Below are positions 32,805 to 43,079 of a stretch of 64,000 nt of DNA, piece after piece. The DNA is from Candidatus Multivoradales bacterium (GTDB lineage Bacteria; Acidobacteriota; Thermoanaerobaculia; Multivoradales; JAHEKO01), in NCBI GenBank assembly GCA_965223855.1, contig CBDCXM010000002.1, positions 225,879-289,878 of the forward strand. The letters are read 5' to 3'. Both the position numbers and the translations under genes were made by a program. The notes under the pieces were generated by a model that searched no databases, was not told where the DNA came from, and was given only the letters and a program-made list of their open reading frames with translations. The first letter of the stretch is position 1, and the number at the start of each line of letters is the position of its first letter.

Positions 32805-33953
32805 ATGCTGGAAGAAGACGCGACAGAGCCGAGGACACGCTCCGAGCACCTGGTGAGCTGGGCGCTCGAACTCGGCTTTTCGCGCGCCGGAGTCGCGCCC
32901 CTCGGAGCCGCGCCGACCGGGGAGGCCTATCTCGAATGGCTCGAGCGCGGCGATCACGCTGGCATGGCCTACATGGACGAATCCCGGGAGGCGCGTCTCG
33001 ACGGTGGTGCCACCCTCGAGGGCGCCCGCAGCGCGGTCTGCGTGGCACTCGACTATCCGGCCGAGGAGTCGGAGGGTGACCTGTGGCCCGGCGTCGCCCG
33101 CTACGCCCGGGGTCGCGATTACCACAACGTCATGGGGCGCAAGCTCCGAAAGCTCGCCCGTCGGGTGCGGGAGGCCTACCCGGGCGCAGCGACGCGCACA
33201 TGGGTCGATGCCGGCCCGGTACTGGAGCGCGACCTTCACACCCGAGCCGGCCTCGGCGCGATCGGCAAGAACACGATGCTGCTCCATCCCGAGGCAGGCT
33301 CGCTCTTTCTGCTCGGCGAGGTTCTCACCACCCTGGAACTCGAGCCCGGGACGCCGCTCGGCGACCCGTGCGGCAGTTGCACGCTGTGTCTCGAAGCATG
33401 CCCGACGGGCGCGCTCCCGGAGCCGTATCGCCTCGACGCCCGACGCTGCATCAGCTACTGGACGATCGAGCATCGGGGAGCGATGCCGGCCGATGTGAGA
33501 GAGTGGGTCGGCAACTGGGTGTTCGGCTGCGACGTCTGTCAGGAGGCCTGCCCTCACAACGAAGGGCCGTTCGAACTGCAGCCGGGGCGCGACTCACCGT
33601 TCGTCGTACCCGAGTCTCGCCGGCACCTCGATCTGGAGGCTCTGCTCGGACTCGACGAGGAGGCCTACCGGGAGCTGTTCCGCGGCAGTCCGATGCAGCG
33701 CGCGAGGCTCGAGGGGTTGCGGCGCAACGCCGCCACGGTGATGGGGAACAGCGGTCGCCGGGACTACGTATCGGCACTTGCCGGAGCGCTCGAGGCTGCC
33801 GACCCGGCGGGCCTCCACGCGGCCTGGGCGCTCGGGCGGCTGGGCGGTGAGGAGGCTCTGCGCGCCATCGACGCGGCGCTCGAGCGCAGGCCTTCCGACC
33901 CACTCCGCCGGGAGCTCCTGCAGGCGAGAGAGGAAGTGCTGAAAGCGCCGTGA
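32805..33953 (+). CDS. queG: tRNA epoxyqueuosine reductase
   Basis: ARYARGRDYH, GKN, CGSCTLCLEACPT, CISYWTIE, FGCDVCQEACP, C-terminal HEAT. Confidence 0.95.
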   Translation: MLEEDATEPRTRSEHLVSWALELGFSRAGVAPLGAAPTGEAYLEWLERGDHAGMAYMDESREARLDGGATLEGARSAVCVALDYPAEESEGDLWPGVARYARGRDYHNVMGRKLRKLARRVREAYPGAATRTWVDAGPVLERDLHTRAGLGAIGKNTMLLHPEAGSLFLLGEVLTTLELEPGTPLGDPCGSCTLCLEACPTGALPEPYRLDARRCISYWTIEHRGAMPADVREWVGNWVFGCDVCQEACPHNEGPFELQPGRDSPFVVPESRRHLDLEALLGLDEEAYRELFRGSPMQRARLEGLRRNAATVMGNSGRRDYVSALAGALEAADPAGLHAAWALGRLGGEEALRAIDAALERRPSDPLRRELLQAREEVLKAP

Positions 33954-33971
33954 AACAAGGCGTTTCCGGCA

Positions 33972-34001
33972 TTGACACCCGCAAAGAGCGATCCCTATAC
34001 T
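33972..34001 (+). promoter_or_regulatory. Sigma70 promoter of rpsA
   Basis: TTGACA-N18-TATACT. Confidence 0.75.
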
Positions 34002-34128
34002 CTGACCCCTTCGGGCGAAGTCAGCGCCTCGAGCGCCACCCGATCGCCCTCCCGTCCAGGGAGGGCCACAGGCGGAAGCCTGAAACCAGGGCGGAAGCCT
34101 GAATCCCACGACCAGGAGGTTTGTTTCA

Positions 34129-35862
34129 ATGGAGTCCACGGAAGAGCAGCTCGGTAGTTCGCAGGGAGCGGCCGACGAAAGCTCTCGCGACAGCAAGACC
34201 GAGTTCAGCTACGACGAGATGGTCGCTCTCTATGACGAGAGCATGCGCCATCTCACGGAGGGGGAGATCGTCACCGGGACGGTCATCGCCCTCACTTCCA
34301 ACCACGTCGTCGTCGACGTCGGTTACAAGTCCGAGGGCTTGATTCCGGTCCAGGAATTCACCTCCTACGACGGTGTCGTCAACGTTTCGGTCGGCGATGA
34401 CGTCGAAGTGCTCCTCGAGCGGGCGGAGGACTCGGAAGGTCACGTCCTCCTGTCCAAGCGCAAGGCGGAGCGGCTCAAGGTCTGGACCGAGATCGAGGCG
34501 TCCTATCAGGCCGGCGAGACGATCAAGGGCCGGGTCATCGATCGCATCAAGGGTGGCCTGACCGTCGATATCGGCATCCGGGCATTCCTGCCGGGTTCGC
34601 TGGTCGATATCCGCCCGATCAAGCATCTCGAATCGCTCAAGGGCGAGGAGCTCGAGTTCAAGGTCATCAGCATGGACAAGCGCCGCAACAACGTGGTGCT
34701 GTCCCGCAAGGCGATCCTCGAGAAGGAGTTCGAGGCGAAGAAGGCGGAGACGCTGCAGAACCTGCGCGAAGGGATTCGCATGCAGGGCGTCGTCAAGAAC
34801 ATCACCGACTACGGCGTGTTCATCGACCTCGGCGGTATCGACGGCCTGCTGCACATCACCGACATCTCCTGGGGCCGGGTCAACCATCCCTCGGAGCACT
34901 TCGCCGTCGGCGACGAGGCGGAAGTCGTCATCCTCAAGTTCGACCCCGAGAGCGAGCGGGTCTCGCTGGGCTACAAGCAGCGCAGTGAGGATCCCTGGGT
35001 TCTCGTCGACAAGAAGTACCCGCTCGGCGCGCGGGTGCGCGGCCAGGTGGTGAGCCTGGTCGAGTACGGCGCCTTCGTCGAGCTCGAAGAGGGGGTGGAG
35101 GGCCTCGTGCACGTTAGCGAGATGTCGTGGACGAAGAAGGTCGTCAACCCGTCGAAGATCCTCAATCCCGGCGACGAGGTGGAGGCGATCGTCTCCGAGC
35201 TCGATCTCGACCAGCGGCGCATCAGCCTGTCGCTGCGTCAGGCCGAGAGGAATCCGTGGGAGGAGCTGCTGGTCTCGCATCCGGTCGGCTCGGTCGTCGA
35301 AGGCCAGGTGCGCAACCTCACCGAGTTCGGCGCCTTCGTTCAGATCACCGACGAGGTCGACGGCCTCATCCACGTCTCGGACATGAGCTGGACCAAGCGG
35401 GTCAAGCATCCGAGCGAAGTGCTCAACCGCGGCGACGAGGTCAAGGCGCGGATCACCAACATCGACGTCGAGAACCAGCGCGTTTCGCTGTCGATCAAGG
35501 AGTTCCTGCCCAACGAGTGGAGCACCTTCGCCGAGAACCACGAGGTCGGCGACATCGTCACCGGCCCGGTGGTGAACGTGACCGACTTCGGCATCTTCGT
35601 CGACATCCACGAGGGTCTCGAGGGTCTCGCTCACGTCAGCGAGATCGACGTCGAGGGAGTCCTCGAAGAGGCGTTCCCGATCGGCACCTTCGTCAACGCG
35701 CGGGTGCTGCGGATCGAGGAAGAGGACAAGAAGGTCGGGCTGACCATGCGAGGCGTCGATCAGCCGACCGAAGAGGAGCTGGCCGAGCTCAAGAGCGAGC
35801 TCGAAGCGGCGCTGGGCGCGCTGACGGCGGAGGCGGACGCCGCCGACAGCGAGGAGGAGTAG
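34129..35862 (+). CDS. rpsA: 30S ribosomal protein S1
   Basis: Six S1 repeats (DVGYKSEG, AFLPGS, YGVFIDLGGIDGLLHITD, EGLVHVSEMSW); SD AGGAGG. Confidence 0.98.
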   Translation: MESTEEQLGSSQGAADESSRDSKTEFSYDEMVALYDESMRHLTEGEIVTGTVIALTSNHVVVDVGYKSEGLIPVQEFTSYDGVVNVSVGDDVEVLLERAEDSEGHVLLSKRKAERLKVWTEIEASYQAGETIKGRVIDRIKGGLTVDIGIRAFLPGSLVDIRPIKHLESLKGEELEFKVISMDKRRNNVVLSRKAILEKEFEAKKAETLQNLREGIRMQGVVKNITDYGVFIDLGGIDGLLHITDISWGRVNHPSEHFAVGDEAEVVILKFDPESERVSLGYKQRSEDPWVLVDKKYPLGARVRGQVVSLVEYGAFVELEEGVEGLVHVSEMSWTKKVVNPSKILNPGDEVEAIVSELDLDQRRISLSLRQAERNPWEELLVSHPVGSVVEGQVRNLTEFGAFVQITDEVDGLIHVSDMSWTKRVKHPSEVLNRGDEVKARITNIDVENQRVSLSIKEFLPNEWSTFAENHEVGDIVTGPVVNVTDFGIFVDIHEGLEGLAHVSEIDVEGVLEEAFPIGTFVNARVLRIEEEDKKVGLTMRGVDQPTEEELAELKSELEAALGALTAEADAADSEEE

Positions 35863-35902
35863 ACTCACCGGCAGCGAGGATTTCGGACCGGGAAGGGGGA
35901 CC

Positions 35903-36205
35903 GTGGCGAACAAGAGCAGGATGACGAAGGCCGAGTTGGTGGAGCACGTGGCGAAAGACACGCTGCTGACCAAGAAGCACGCGGAGATCATCGTCAACAC
36001 GGTCTTCGACAGCATCGTCGAATCGCTCAGAGGCGGCGACAAGATCGAGCTTCGAGGCTTCGGCAGCTTCAGGATCCGCCATCGCGGTCCCCGGATCGGG
36101 CGTAACCCGAAGACGGGGGCGAGAGTCGACGTTCCCCCCAAGCGCATCCCTTATTTCAAGCCCGGCAAGGATCTGCGGGAGCTGTTGAACGAGCCCGGCG
36201 ACTGA
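35903..36205 (+). CDS. ihfB: Integration host factor beta / HU family
   Basis: MTKAEL..IELRGFGSF..GRNPKTG..PYFKPGK; directly downstream of rpsA. Confidence 0.85.
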   Translation: MANKSRMTKAELVEHVAKDTLLTKKHAEIIVNTVFDSIVESLRGGDKIELRGFGSFRIRHRGPRIGRNPKTGARVDVPPKRIPYFKPGKDLRELLNEPGD

Positions 36206-36230
36206 TCCGCGGATCGAGTCCGAACACCGA

Positions 36231-36662
36231 GTGAGCGAGACCCCAGAGCCGACCGAGGGCTCGGCCCCGGCCGAGCCCAAGGAGACCGTCGATCCGGGAC
36301 TCCGGCCCTGGCTGGCCGGAGCGCTCGCTTTCGTGATTCCAGGAGCGGGGCACTTCTTCGTCGGCCGCGTCGGCAGGGCTGTGCTCTTCGCTTCGCTGGT
36401 GGTCTTCTGTGCCGTTACCGGATGCTATCTCGAGGGTCGTCTCGACATCCTCGAGGACAACAATCCGCTCAGCGTGATCGCCACCTTCGCTTCGATGGGA
36501 AGCGGAATCATCTACCAGTTGCTGCGCCACGTGGTCGACTACGAGGGGCAGGTCATGGCTGCCAGCTACGAGTACGGGACGACCTTCCTGAGAACCGCAG
36601 GCATCCTCAACCTGCTGCTGGTGCTCGACGCGTTCGACATCGCTCGCGGGCGCAAGAGCTGA
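36231..36662 (+). CDS. Membrane protein (DUF6677-like)
   Basis: IPGAGH..YEYGTTF..AGILNLLLVLDAFD. Confidence 0.7.
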   Translation: MSETPEPTEGSAPAEPKETVDPGLRPWLAGALAFVIPGAGHFFVGRVGRAVLFASLVVFCAVTGCYLEGRLDILEDNNPLSVIATFASMGSGIIYQLLRHVVDYEGQVMAASYEYGTTFLRTAGILNLLLVLDAFDIARGRKS

Positions 36663-36663
36663 G

Positions 36664-36855
36664 ATGAGTCACTTCCTGCTCATGACGCTCTACGCCGCGG
36701 TACTTGCGGTGTTCTTCGCCGCCCTGTGGAAGCGCCGGCGCAGCGACCAGGTCAGGCTCTTCCTGCAGATCTTCCTCGGCATGATGGGGGCGGCGCTGGC
36801 CCTCGCCTGGCTGATGTACCTGTTCCCCTCGGCACCGCCGGCGCCGATTCCGTGA
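36664..36855 (+). CDS. Small 2-TM membrane protein
   Basis: MSHF..two hydrophobic helices..WLMYLFP; packed between neighbours. Confidence 0.7.
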   Translation: MSHFLLMTLYAAVLAVFFAALWKRRRSDQVRLFLQIFLGMMGAALALAWLMYLFPSAPPAPIP

Positions 36856-37994
36856 CGCAGGTGGACGACGCCGCGATCGACCTGCTGGTCGTGGCGGGAG
36901 AGGCCTCGGGCGATACCCACGCCGCGGAGGTGGTGGAGGAGCTCGTCCGCCGCCAGCCTCGTCTGCGCACGTTCGGTCTGGGGGGCGACCGGTTGGCGGA
37001 GGCCGGCCTGGAAAAGGTCGCCGACTCCTCCGAGATCTCTGTCGTCGGGCTGACCGAAGTGCTGCGCGTGCTGCCGAGAGCGAAGCAGATCTTCCGAGCA
37101 CTGCTGGAAGAGGTCGATCGGCGCCAGGCTCGGACCGCGCTGCTCGTCGACTTTCCCGAGTTCAATCTGAGGCTGGCGAAAGCGCTCAAGGAGCGCGGCG
37201 TCTCGGTGCTCTACTACGTCAGCCCGCAGATCTGGGCGTGGCGTCGGGGGCGAGTGCGCGCGATCGCCGAGCGAGTCGACCGGATGCTCGTTCTGTTCCC
37301 GTTCGAGAAGGAGTTCTACTCCGACCATGCCGTCGACGTGGTGCACGTGGGGCACCCGATCGTCGACCAGGTGCCCGAGATCCGGCGTCCCGAGCCCGAG
37401 CGCGACGATGGAGCGCCGCTGAAGATCGCTCTGCTTCCCGGCTCGCGGCGCAGCGAGGTACGGACTCACCTGCCGGTGATGGCGGACGCCGTCGCCCGCC
37501 TGCAGCAGGATCGCGAGGTCGAGCCGTGCTGGATCCGAGCGGGAAGCCTCGACCGCGAGGAGTTCACGCGGGCGCTGCCGCGCGGCGCGCGGCAGGTTTC
37601 CGGTGTCGGCAGGTTCGAGCAGATCGCAGCCGCCGACATCGCCTTGTGCGCTTCGGGCACGGCCACCCTGGAGGTCGGCCTGCTGGGGACGCCGATGGTC
37701 GTCGTCTACCGGATCAGCACGCTCACCTACTTGCTCGGCCGCTGGCTGGTCGACCTGCCGCACATCAGTCTCGTCAATCTGGTTCTCGGCCGGGGTGCCG
37801 TTCCCGAGCGCGTCCAGGGGCGGGCGACCGGGGCGGGACTGGCCGCCGAGCTCGAGGAGATCGTCGACGATCCTCGCCGGCTGGCTAGAATGCGTCGAGA
37901 CCTTTCCGAGCTGCGGACGCGACTCGGTCGCTCCGGGGCGAGCCGGAGGGCGGCCGACGAGATCGAGCCGTACCTCGAACGGGAGACGGCATGA
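36852..37994 (+). CDS. lpxB: Lipid-A-disaccharide synthase
   Basis: AGEASGD, DFPEFN, YYVSPQIWAWR, FPFE, LLPGSR..E, SGTATLE. Confidence 0.96.
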   Translation: MTQVDDAAIDLLVVAGEASGDTHAAEVVEELVRRQPRLRTFGLGGDRLAEAGLEKVADSSEISVVGLTEVLRVLPRAKQIFRALLEEVDRRQARTALLVDFPEFNLRLAKALKERGVSVLYYVSPQIWAWRRGRVRAIAERVDRMLVLFPFEKEFYSDHAVDVVHVGHPIVDQVPEIRRPEPERDDGAPLKIALLPGSRRSEVRTHLPVMADAVARLQQDREVEPCWIRAGSLDREEFTRALPRGARQVSGVGRFEQIAAADIALCASGTATLEVGLLGTPMVVVYRISTLTYLLGRWLVDLPHISLVNLVLGRGAVPERVQGRATGAGLAAELEEIVDDPRRLARMRRDLSELRTRLGRSGASRRAADEIEPYLERETA

Positions 37995-38869
37995 GGAGCA
38001 TGACGGGATACGGGCGCGCGACCGACGAAAACGAGCGGTTTCGTGTGACCGTATCGGTGCGGGCGGTCAATCACCGGTTTCTCGATCTCGTGCTCAGAAT
38101 GCCCGAGGGGGTGCGTGAGATCGAGCGTGAAGTCCGCTCGGCAGTCAGCGAGGAGTTCGCGCGCGGCAGGGTCGAGCTGCGAGTCGGGCTCGATGAGGTC
38201 GGCACGACCGAGGGCTCGGTCTGCCTCGACTCGCGCCTGGTGCGGGAGCTGCTCGACGCGATCGGTCAGTTGGAGGACGAAAGGCTGGAGGCACGACAGC
38301 TGACCCCGGCCGACCTGCTGGCGGTGCCCGATCTCGTCAGCGTGCGCCGGGAGGCGGCCTCCCTGGAGGCCGAGGACCGGGCGCTCGTCCTGGACGTCGT
38401 CGTCGCGGCTCTGCGGGACGCGGGGACGATGCGCGCCGAAGAGGGCTCCGGGCTCGAGCGGGCGCTCGCATCGCGTCTCGACGAGCTGGAAGCACTGACC
38501 GGGAAGCTCGCCGCGCGTCGGCAGGAGGTGCGGGACAGCCTGCTGGCCGGTGCCCGGGAGCGGCTTCGCGAACTCCTGGACGACGTGGAGGTCGACGAGG
38601 TGCGTCTCGCCCAGGAGGTGGCGCTGCTCGCCGAGAAGTCCGACGTCCAGGAGGAGCTCGACCGGCTGGGCGGCCATCTCGGACATGTCCGCGAGGCGAT
38701 GAAGGGGGAGGGTGCGCTCGGCCGCCGGCTCGACTTCCTGGCACAGGAGATCCATCGCGAGCTCAACACCCTGGGCGCGAAATGCCGCAACCTCGAGATG
38801 GCCCAGTGGGTGGTCGACGCCAAGGTCTCGTGCGAGCAACTCAGGGAGCAGGTGCAGAATGTCGAGTGA
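37991..38869 (+). CDS. YicC/YloC family endoribonuclease
   Basis: MRSMTGYG, VNHRFLD, EELDRL, GRRLDFLAQE..RELNT, EQLREQVQNVE. Confidence 0.95.
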   Translation: MRSMTGYGRATDENERFRVTVSVRAVNHRFLDLVLRMPEGVREIEREVRSAVSEEFARGRVELRVGLDEVGTTEGSVCLDSRLVRELLDAIGQLEDERLEARQLTPADLLAVPDLVSVRREAASLEAEDRALVLDVVVAALRDAGTMRAEEGSGLERALASRLDELEALTGKLAARRQEVRDSLLAGARERLRELLDDVEVDEVRLAQEVALLAEKSDVQEELDRLGGHLGHVREAMKGEGALGRRLDFLAQEIHRELNTLGAKCRNLEMAQWVVDAKVSCEQLREQVQNVE

Positions 38870-39641
38870 TCGGCGGAAGGATCGCAGCCGTTCCGACCGG
38901 CGCGGTGACCTGTTCGTGCTGTCGGCCCCCTCCGGGACCGGCAAGACGACCCTGGTCCGGTATCTCGACCGCCATCCGTGGCCGCACGGCGAGGCGCCCG
39001 AGTTCTCGGTCAGCCACACGACCCGAGAGCCGCGCAGCGGCGAGGTCGACGGGGTGCACTACCACTTCGTCGACACGTCGACGTTCGACTCCATGGTCGA
39101 AGCCAACGACTTCCTCGAGTGGGCAATGGTCCACGGTCAGCGCAAGGGGACCGCACGGTCCGAGGTCGCGGACAGGCTGGCCGACGGGCGCGACGTGCTG
39201 CTCGACATCGACGTGCAGGGTGCGGCGAACGTGCTCGAGGCTCACCCCGACGCATGTGCCGTCCTGGTGCTCCCGCCGAGCTACGGGGAGCTGGCGGAGC
39301 GGATCGCTGGGAGGGGGGCTGACACCGCGGCGGACATCGCCAGGCGGCTGTCCGTATCTCTCTGGGAAATCGAGCGTTACACGATCTACGACTATGTTAT
39401 TATCAACGACGAGGTGGATCGTGCGGGCCGCGAACTCGCCGCGATCATCACCGCTCGCAGGGCCACGCGCGAACGGCGTGAGGCGGATGTGGAGCGGATC
39501 CTCGAGGACTTCCGCAACTCGATTCCCGGCACCACCAGCGGAGCCAATCCCGAACCAAGCAGCACCGAGCCAGTCAGCCCCGAACCAGTCCGTCTCGAAG
39601 AAGACAGCGTCGGCAGCGCCGCCGGCGACGAACCCACCTGA
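38859..39641 (+). CDS. gmk: Guanylate kinase
   Basis: SAPSGTGKTT, SHTTR..GEVDG..YHFV, FLEWA, DIDVQGA; low-complexity C-terminal extension. Confidence 0.95.
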   Translation: MSSDRRKDRSRSDRRGDLFVLSAPSGTGKTTLVRYLDRHPWPHGEAPEFSVSHTTREPRSGEVDGVHYHFVDTSTFDSMVEANDFLEWAMVHGQRKGTARSEVADRLADGRDVLLDIDVQGAANVLEAHPDACAVLVLPPSYGELAERIAGRGADTAADIARRLSVSLWEIERYTIYDYVIINDEVDRAGRELAAIITARRATRERREADVERILEDFRNSIPGTTSGANPEPSSTEPVSPEPVRLEEDSVGSAAGDEPT

Positions 39642-39684
39642 ACAGCCTCGGCGAGCCTCACGAGCGCCGATTGGAGCCACGCCC

Positions 39685-39903
39685 ATGGACCACATTCCCG
39701 ATCGAATCGACAGCCGCTTCCGCTACGTCCTGTTGGCGGCCGAGCGCGCCGAGCAGCTGATGCGCGGTGCCAGCCCCAAGATCGAGACCACGGCGATCAA
39801 GCCGACCCGGATCGCGATGGACGAGATCGCTACCGACCTCATCGACTGGGACTACGGCCCGGCGCCCGAGGTCCAGGAAGGCGACGAGTCCGCCGAGAGC
39901 TGA
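39685..39903 (+). CDS. rpoZ: RNA polymerase omega subunit
   Basis: DSRFRYVLLAAERAEQL..KPTRIAMDEI; follows gmk. Confidence 0.9.
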   Translation: MDHIPDRIDSRFRYVLLAAERAEQLMRGASPKIETTAIKPTRIAMDEIATDLIDWDYGPAPEVQEGDESAES

Positions 39904-39997
39904 TCGCGCCGCGGCGGTCACGCCCGGGCCGCAGGGCCCGGCTCGCTGTTGGTGCCGCTCGCGATCCTGAACCGCAGCTCCATCGCATCTGCCGGTC

Positions 39998-40867
39998 ATG
40001 AAGACGCCCGACGGCGAGTCCGCTCGCTGGTTGGAGTACTTCCGGGATCTCGGATACTCAGAGCTCTGGTCGGCCCCCCAGGGCCGGCCGGCCAACGAGC
40101 CCGAGCCGCCCGTCGAGGAGCGTCGCACCGAGGCGGAAGGCGACCAGCGGCGTGGAGCTGCCGCAGGAGCCGAGAGAGGCGTCGCATCGGCTGCGGGGCC
40201 TCCTGTGTCTGCACCGCCACTTACGCCGGCAGCGGACCCGCATCCCGGGAAGGGCGCGGGGGCGGAACCGCCAGAGGTTGCGGACTCTCTCGAGGAACTG
40301 CAGAGCCACGCGCTCACCTGCACCGCCTGCGCTCTCGCTGAAGGGCGGCGAAAGGTCGTGTTCGGCAGCGGCGATCCGAAGGCGCGGCTGATGCTGATCG
40401 GCGAGGGTCCGGGGCAACGGGAGGACGAGCAGGGGCTGCCCTTCGTCGGCCCGGCGGGCGAGCTGCTCACCCGCATCCTCGGGGCGATCGATCGAAGCCG
40501 CGAAGAGGTCTACATCACCAACGTCGTCAAGTGCCGCCCGCCGCGCAATCGGGATCCGGAACCTGCGGAGGTGCAGGCGTGCCGAGGCTTTCTGGAACAG
40601 CAGATCGACTTCATCCAGCCGGACGTCATTCTCGCCCTGGGGAGAGTCGCGGCGCAGTCACTCCTCGGCACCGACCGCCCGCTCGGCAGGCTGCGCGGAG
40701 AGTGGCACTCCGTTCGCGGTGTTCCCACCCGTGTCACCTACCATCCCGCCGCCCTCCTAAGGAACTCTTCCTTCCGCGCGCCGACCTGGGAGGATGTCCA
40801 GATCGTGCGGGATCGACTGGACGAGGGGAAGGGCGGGGCGAACGAAGCGGAAGGGAGTCCGAGCTAG
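39998..40867 (+). CDS. Uracil-DNA glycosylase family 4
   Basis: CTAC, IGEGPG..ED..PFVG, NVVKCRPPRNR, TYHPAALLR. Confidence 0.93.
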   Translation: MKTPDGESARWLEYFRDLGYSELWSAPQGRPANEPEPPVEERRTEAEGDQRRGAAAGAERGVASAAGPPVSAPPLTPAADPHPGKGAGAEPPEVADSLEELQSHALTCTACALAEGRRKVVFGSGDPKARLMLIGEGPGQREDEQGLPFVGPAGELLTRILGAIDRSREEVYITNVVKCRPPRNRDPEPAEVQACRGFLEQQIDFIQPDVILALGRVAAQSLLGTDRPLGRLRGEWHSVRGVPTRVTYHPAALLRNSSFRAPTWEDVQIVRDRLDEGKGGANEAEGSPS

Positions 40868-40877
40868 AATGCATGCG

Positions 40878-41861
40878 ATGGAGCGTGTGAGCGAGGAGGC
40901 AGCGGTCGCGCCGCGACCGGCGGAGACGACTTCGCCCGAGATCAGCGTCGTCATTCCCGTGCTCGACGAGGAGGGGACGATCGAGGAGCTCTCGGAGCGG
41001 ATCGCGACCGCTCTTGACGGGATCGGGAAGAGCTTCGAGATCGTCTTCGTCGACGACGGCTCGACCGACTCGACTCCCCAGCGGGTGGCGACGGCCCACG
41101 AGGTGGACCCGCGCGTCAAGTTCGTCCGGCTGCGACGCAACTTCGGGAAAGCAGCCGCTCTCTGCGCCGGCTTCGAGGCTTCGAGCGGAGCGATCGTCAT
41201 CACCATGGACGGCGATCTGCAGGACGAGCCTCGTGAGATCCCCCGCTTCCTCGAGAAGCTCGATGAGGGTTTCGACCTCGTTTCCGGGTGGAAGAAGCAC
41301 CGCAAGGACCCGGTGAACAAGCGATGGCCGTCCAAGCTCTTCAACTGGGCGACCCGTCGCCTGGCGCAGGTCGACCTGCACGATTTCAACTGCGGCTTCA
41401 AGGCCTACCGTCGCGAGGTGCTGGACCAGATCGCGCTCTACGGTGAACTCCATCGCTACATCCCTGTGCTGGCCAGCCGGCGCGGTTTCCGGGTCGGCGA
41501 GCTGGCGGTCGAGCACCACCCTCGGACCAGCGGGGTCAGCAAGTACGGCTGGGATCGCTACTACAAGGGTCTGCTCGACCTGATCACGGTGCTCTTCATC
41601 ACGAAGTACACCCGCCGGCCGCTGCATCTCTTCGGCGCCATCGGCCTCGGATGCGTCGGTGTCGGCTTCGTCATCAACGCCTACCTCGCGATTCGCTGGA
41701 GCCTCGGCGAGTCGCTCTCGAACCGGCCGCTGCTGCTGCTCGGCGTACTCCTGATGCTGGTCGGGATTCAGGTCCTGACGACCGGTCTGATCGGCGAGAT
41801 GATCACCTTCAAGAACTTCCGCCGCGAGGACAGCTACAGTGTGCGCGAGCGCATCGAGTAG
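40878..41861 (+). CDS. Glycosyltransferase family 2 (DPM/ArnC-like)
   Basis: VDDGSTD, RNFGK, MDGDLQD, HDFNCGFKAY, two C-terminal TMs. Confidence 0.92.
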   Translation: MERVSEEAAVAPRPAETTSPEISVVIPVLDEEGTIEELSERIATALDGIGKSFEIVFVDDGSTDSTPQRVATAHEVDPRVKFVRLRRNFGKAAALCAGFEASSGAIVITMDGDLQDEPREIPRFLEKLDEGFDLVSGWKKHRKDPVNKRWPSKLFNWATRRLAQVDLHDFNCGFKAYRREVLDQIALYGELHRYIPVLASRRGFRVGELAVEHHPRTSGVSKYGWDRYYKGLLDLITVLFITKYTRRPLHLFGAIGLGCVGVGFVINAYLAIRWSLGESLSNRPLLLLGVLLMLVGIQVLTTGLIGEMITFKNFRREDSYSVRERIE

Positions 41862-41867
41862 GACGCG

Positions 41868-43079
41868 GTGAGAGTCCTTTTTCTCACTCAGACCTTCCCC
41901 CGAACTCCCGTCGACACCTCCGGTCCCTTCATCCGGGATCTTGCCAAGGGGCTCGTCGAGCTGGGCGACGAGGTGACGGTCCTCACGCCGCATGCCGACG
42001 GGGTCCGCGACCGGTGGGACGAGGGGGGTGTCGAGGTGCGATCGTTCCGCTACGCGCCGGAGCGCGCCGAAGTGCTCGGCTACAGCAGGAGCCTGAATGC
42101 CGACGAGAAGGTGCGTTTCCTGGCGGGCTTCGTCACCCCGCTCTATCTGCTGGCGGCTCGCCGGGCGGTGGCGAAAGCTCTCGCCGGAGGCTCGTTCGAC
42201 GTGCTGCACGGCCACTGGGTGGTGCCGAACGGGCTGATCGCGGCGCGCTTCTCGGGCAGGCTGAAGGTCGGTTCCGGCCTTCACGGCAGCGACGTCTTCA
42301 TGGCCGAGCGCCCGGTCGTACGGCGCTGGGTCGGTCGGGCGCTCGCACGCAGCGACTTCCTCACCGGCTGCTCTCCCGAACTGGTCGATCGAGTGCGCGC
42401 GCTCGGTTTCCCGGAGGAACGCTCGACGGTCATCCCCTACGGCGTCGATGTCACGACGTTCGCCCCCACGGGTGATGGGCGCGACGACGGCGGGTGGCGC
42501 CGGCGGCTCGGGGTTCCGGACGATGGCGTACTCCTGCTGTCGGTCGGGCGGATGGTGTCGAAGAAGGGATACCAGGTCCTGCTGCCGCAGCTCCCGGAGC
42601 TGCTGGCGAGGCACCCTGAGCTCCACGTGGTGCTGGCGGGGGAGGGTGACCTGCTCGAGGAGTTCCGGCGCGAGACCGGTTCGCTCGAGCGGCTCCATCT
42701 GCCGGGAATCGTCCTGCGCGACACCCTGCCCGACCTCTACAGGGCGGCCGACCTGTTCGCACTGCCCGCCGTGCACGATTCGAAGGGCAACGTCGACGGG
42801 CTCCCCAACGTGATTCTCGAGGCGATGGCCAGCGGCCTGCCGGTGGTCGCCTCCGGCATCTCGGGCATCCCCCTCGCGATCACCGATGGTGTTCACGGTC
42901 GGCTGGTTCGGGAGCGCGAGCCGGAGGAGCTGACTGCGGCGATTTCGGAGCTGGTCGGCGACTCCGATCTGAGGGCCGCGATGGGAAGGGAGGCGCGCTC
43001 CAAAGCGACCGCGGAGCTCACCTGGCGCGCCGTCGCCGGTCGCTATCGCGGCGCCTACGAAGCCGCGCTGGCCGGATGA
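41868..43079 (+). CDS. Glycosyltransferase family 4
   Basis: HWVVP, HGSD, VGRMVSKKG, DGLPNVILEAMASG. Confidence 0.9.
   Translation: MRVLFLTQTFPRTPVDTSGPFIRDLAKGLVELGDEVTVLTPHADGVRDRWDEGGVEVRSFRYAPERAEVLGYSRSLNADEKVRFLAGFVTPLYLLAARRAVAKALAGGSFDVLHGHWVVPNGLIAARFSGRLKVGSGLHGSDVFMAERPVVRRWVGRALARSDFLTGCSPELVDRVRALGFPEERSTVIPYGVDVTTFAPTGDGRDDGGWRRRLGVPDDGVLLLSVGRMVSKKGYQVLLPQLPELLARHPELHVVLAGEGDLLEEFRRETGSLERLHLPGIVLRDTLPDLYRAADLFALPAVHDSKGNVDGLPNVILEAMASGLPVVASGISGIPLAITDGVHGRLVREREPEELTAAISELVGDSDLRAAMGREARSKATAELTWRAVAGRYRGAYEAALAG

Noticed and set aside
39545-39595. 15-nt periodicity in the gmk 3' extension as a repeat array
   Set aside because: Three degenerate units encoding a low-complexity PEP-containing tail; not CRISPR-like
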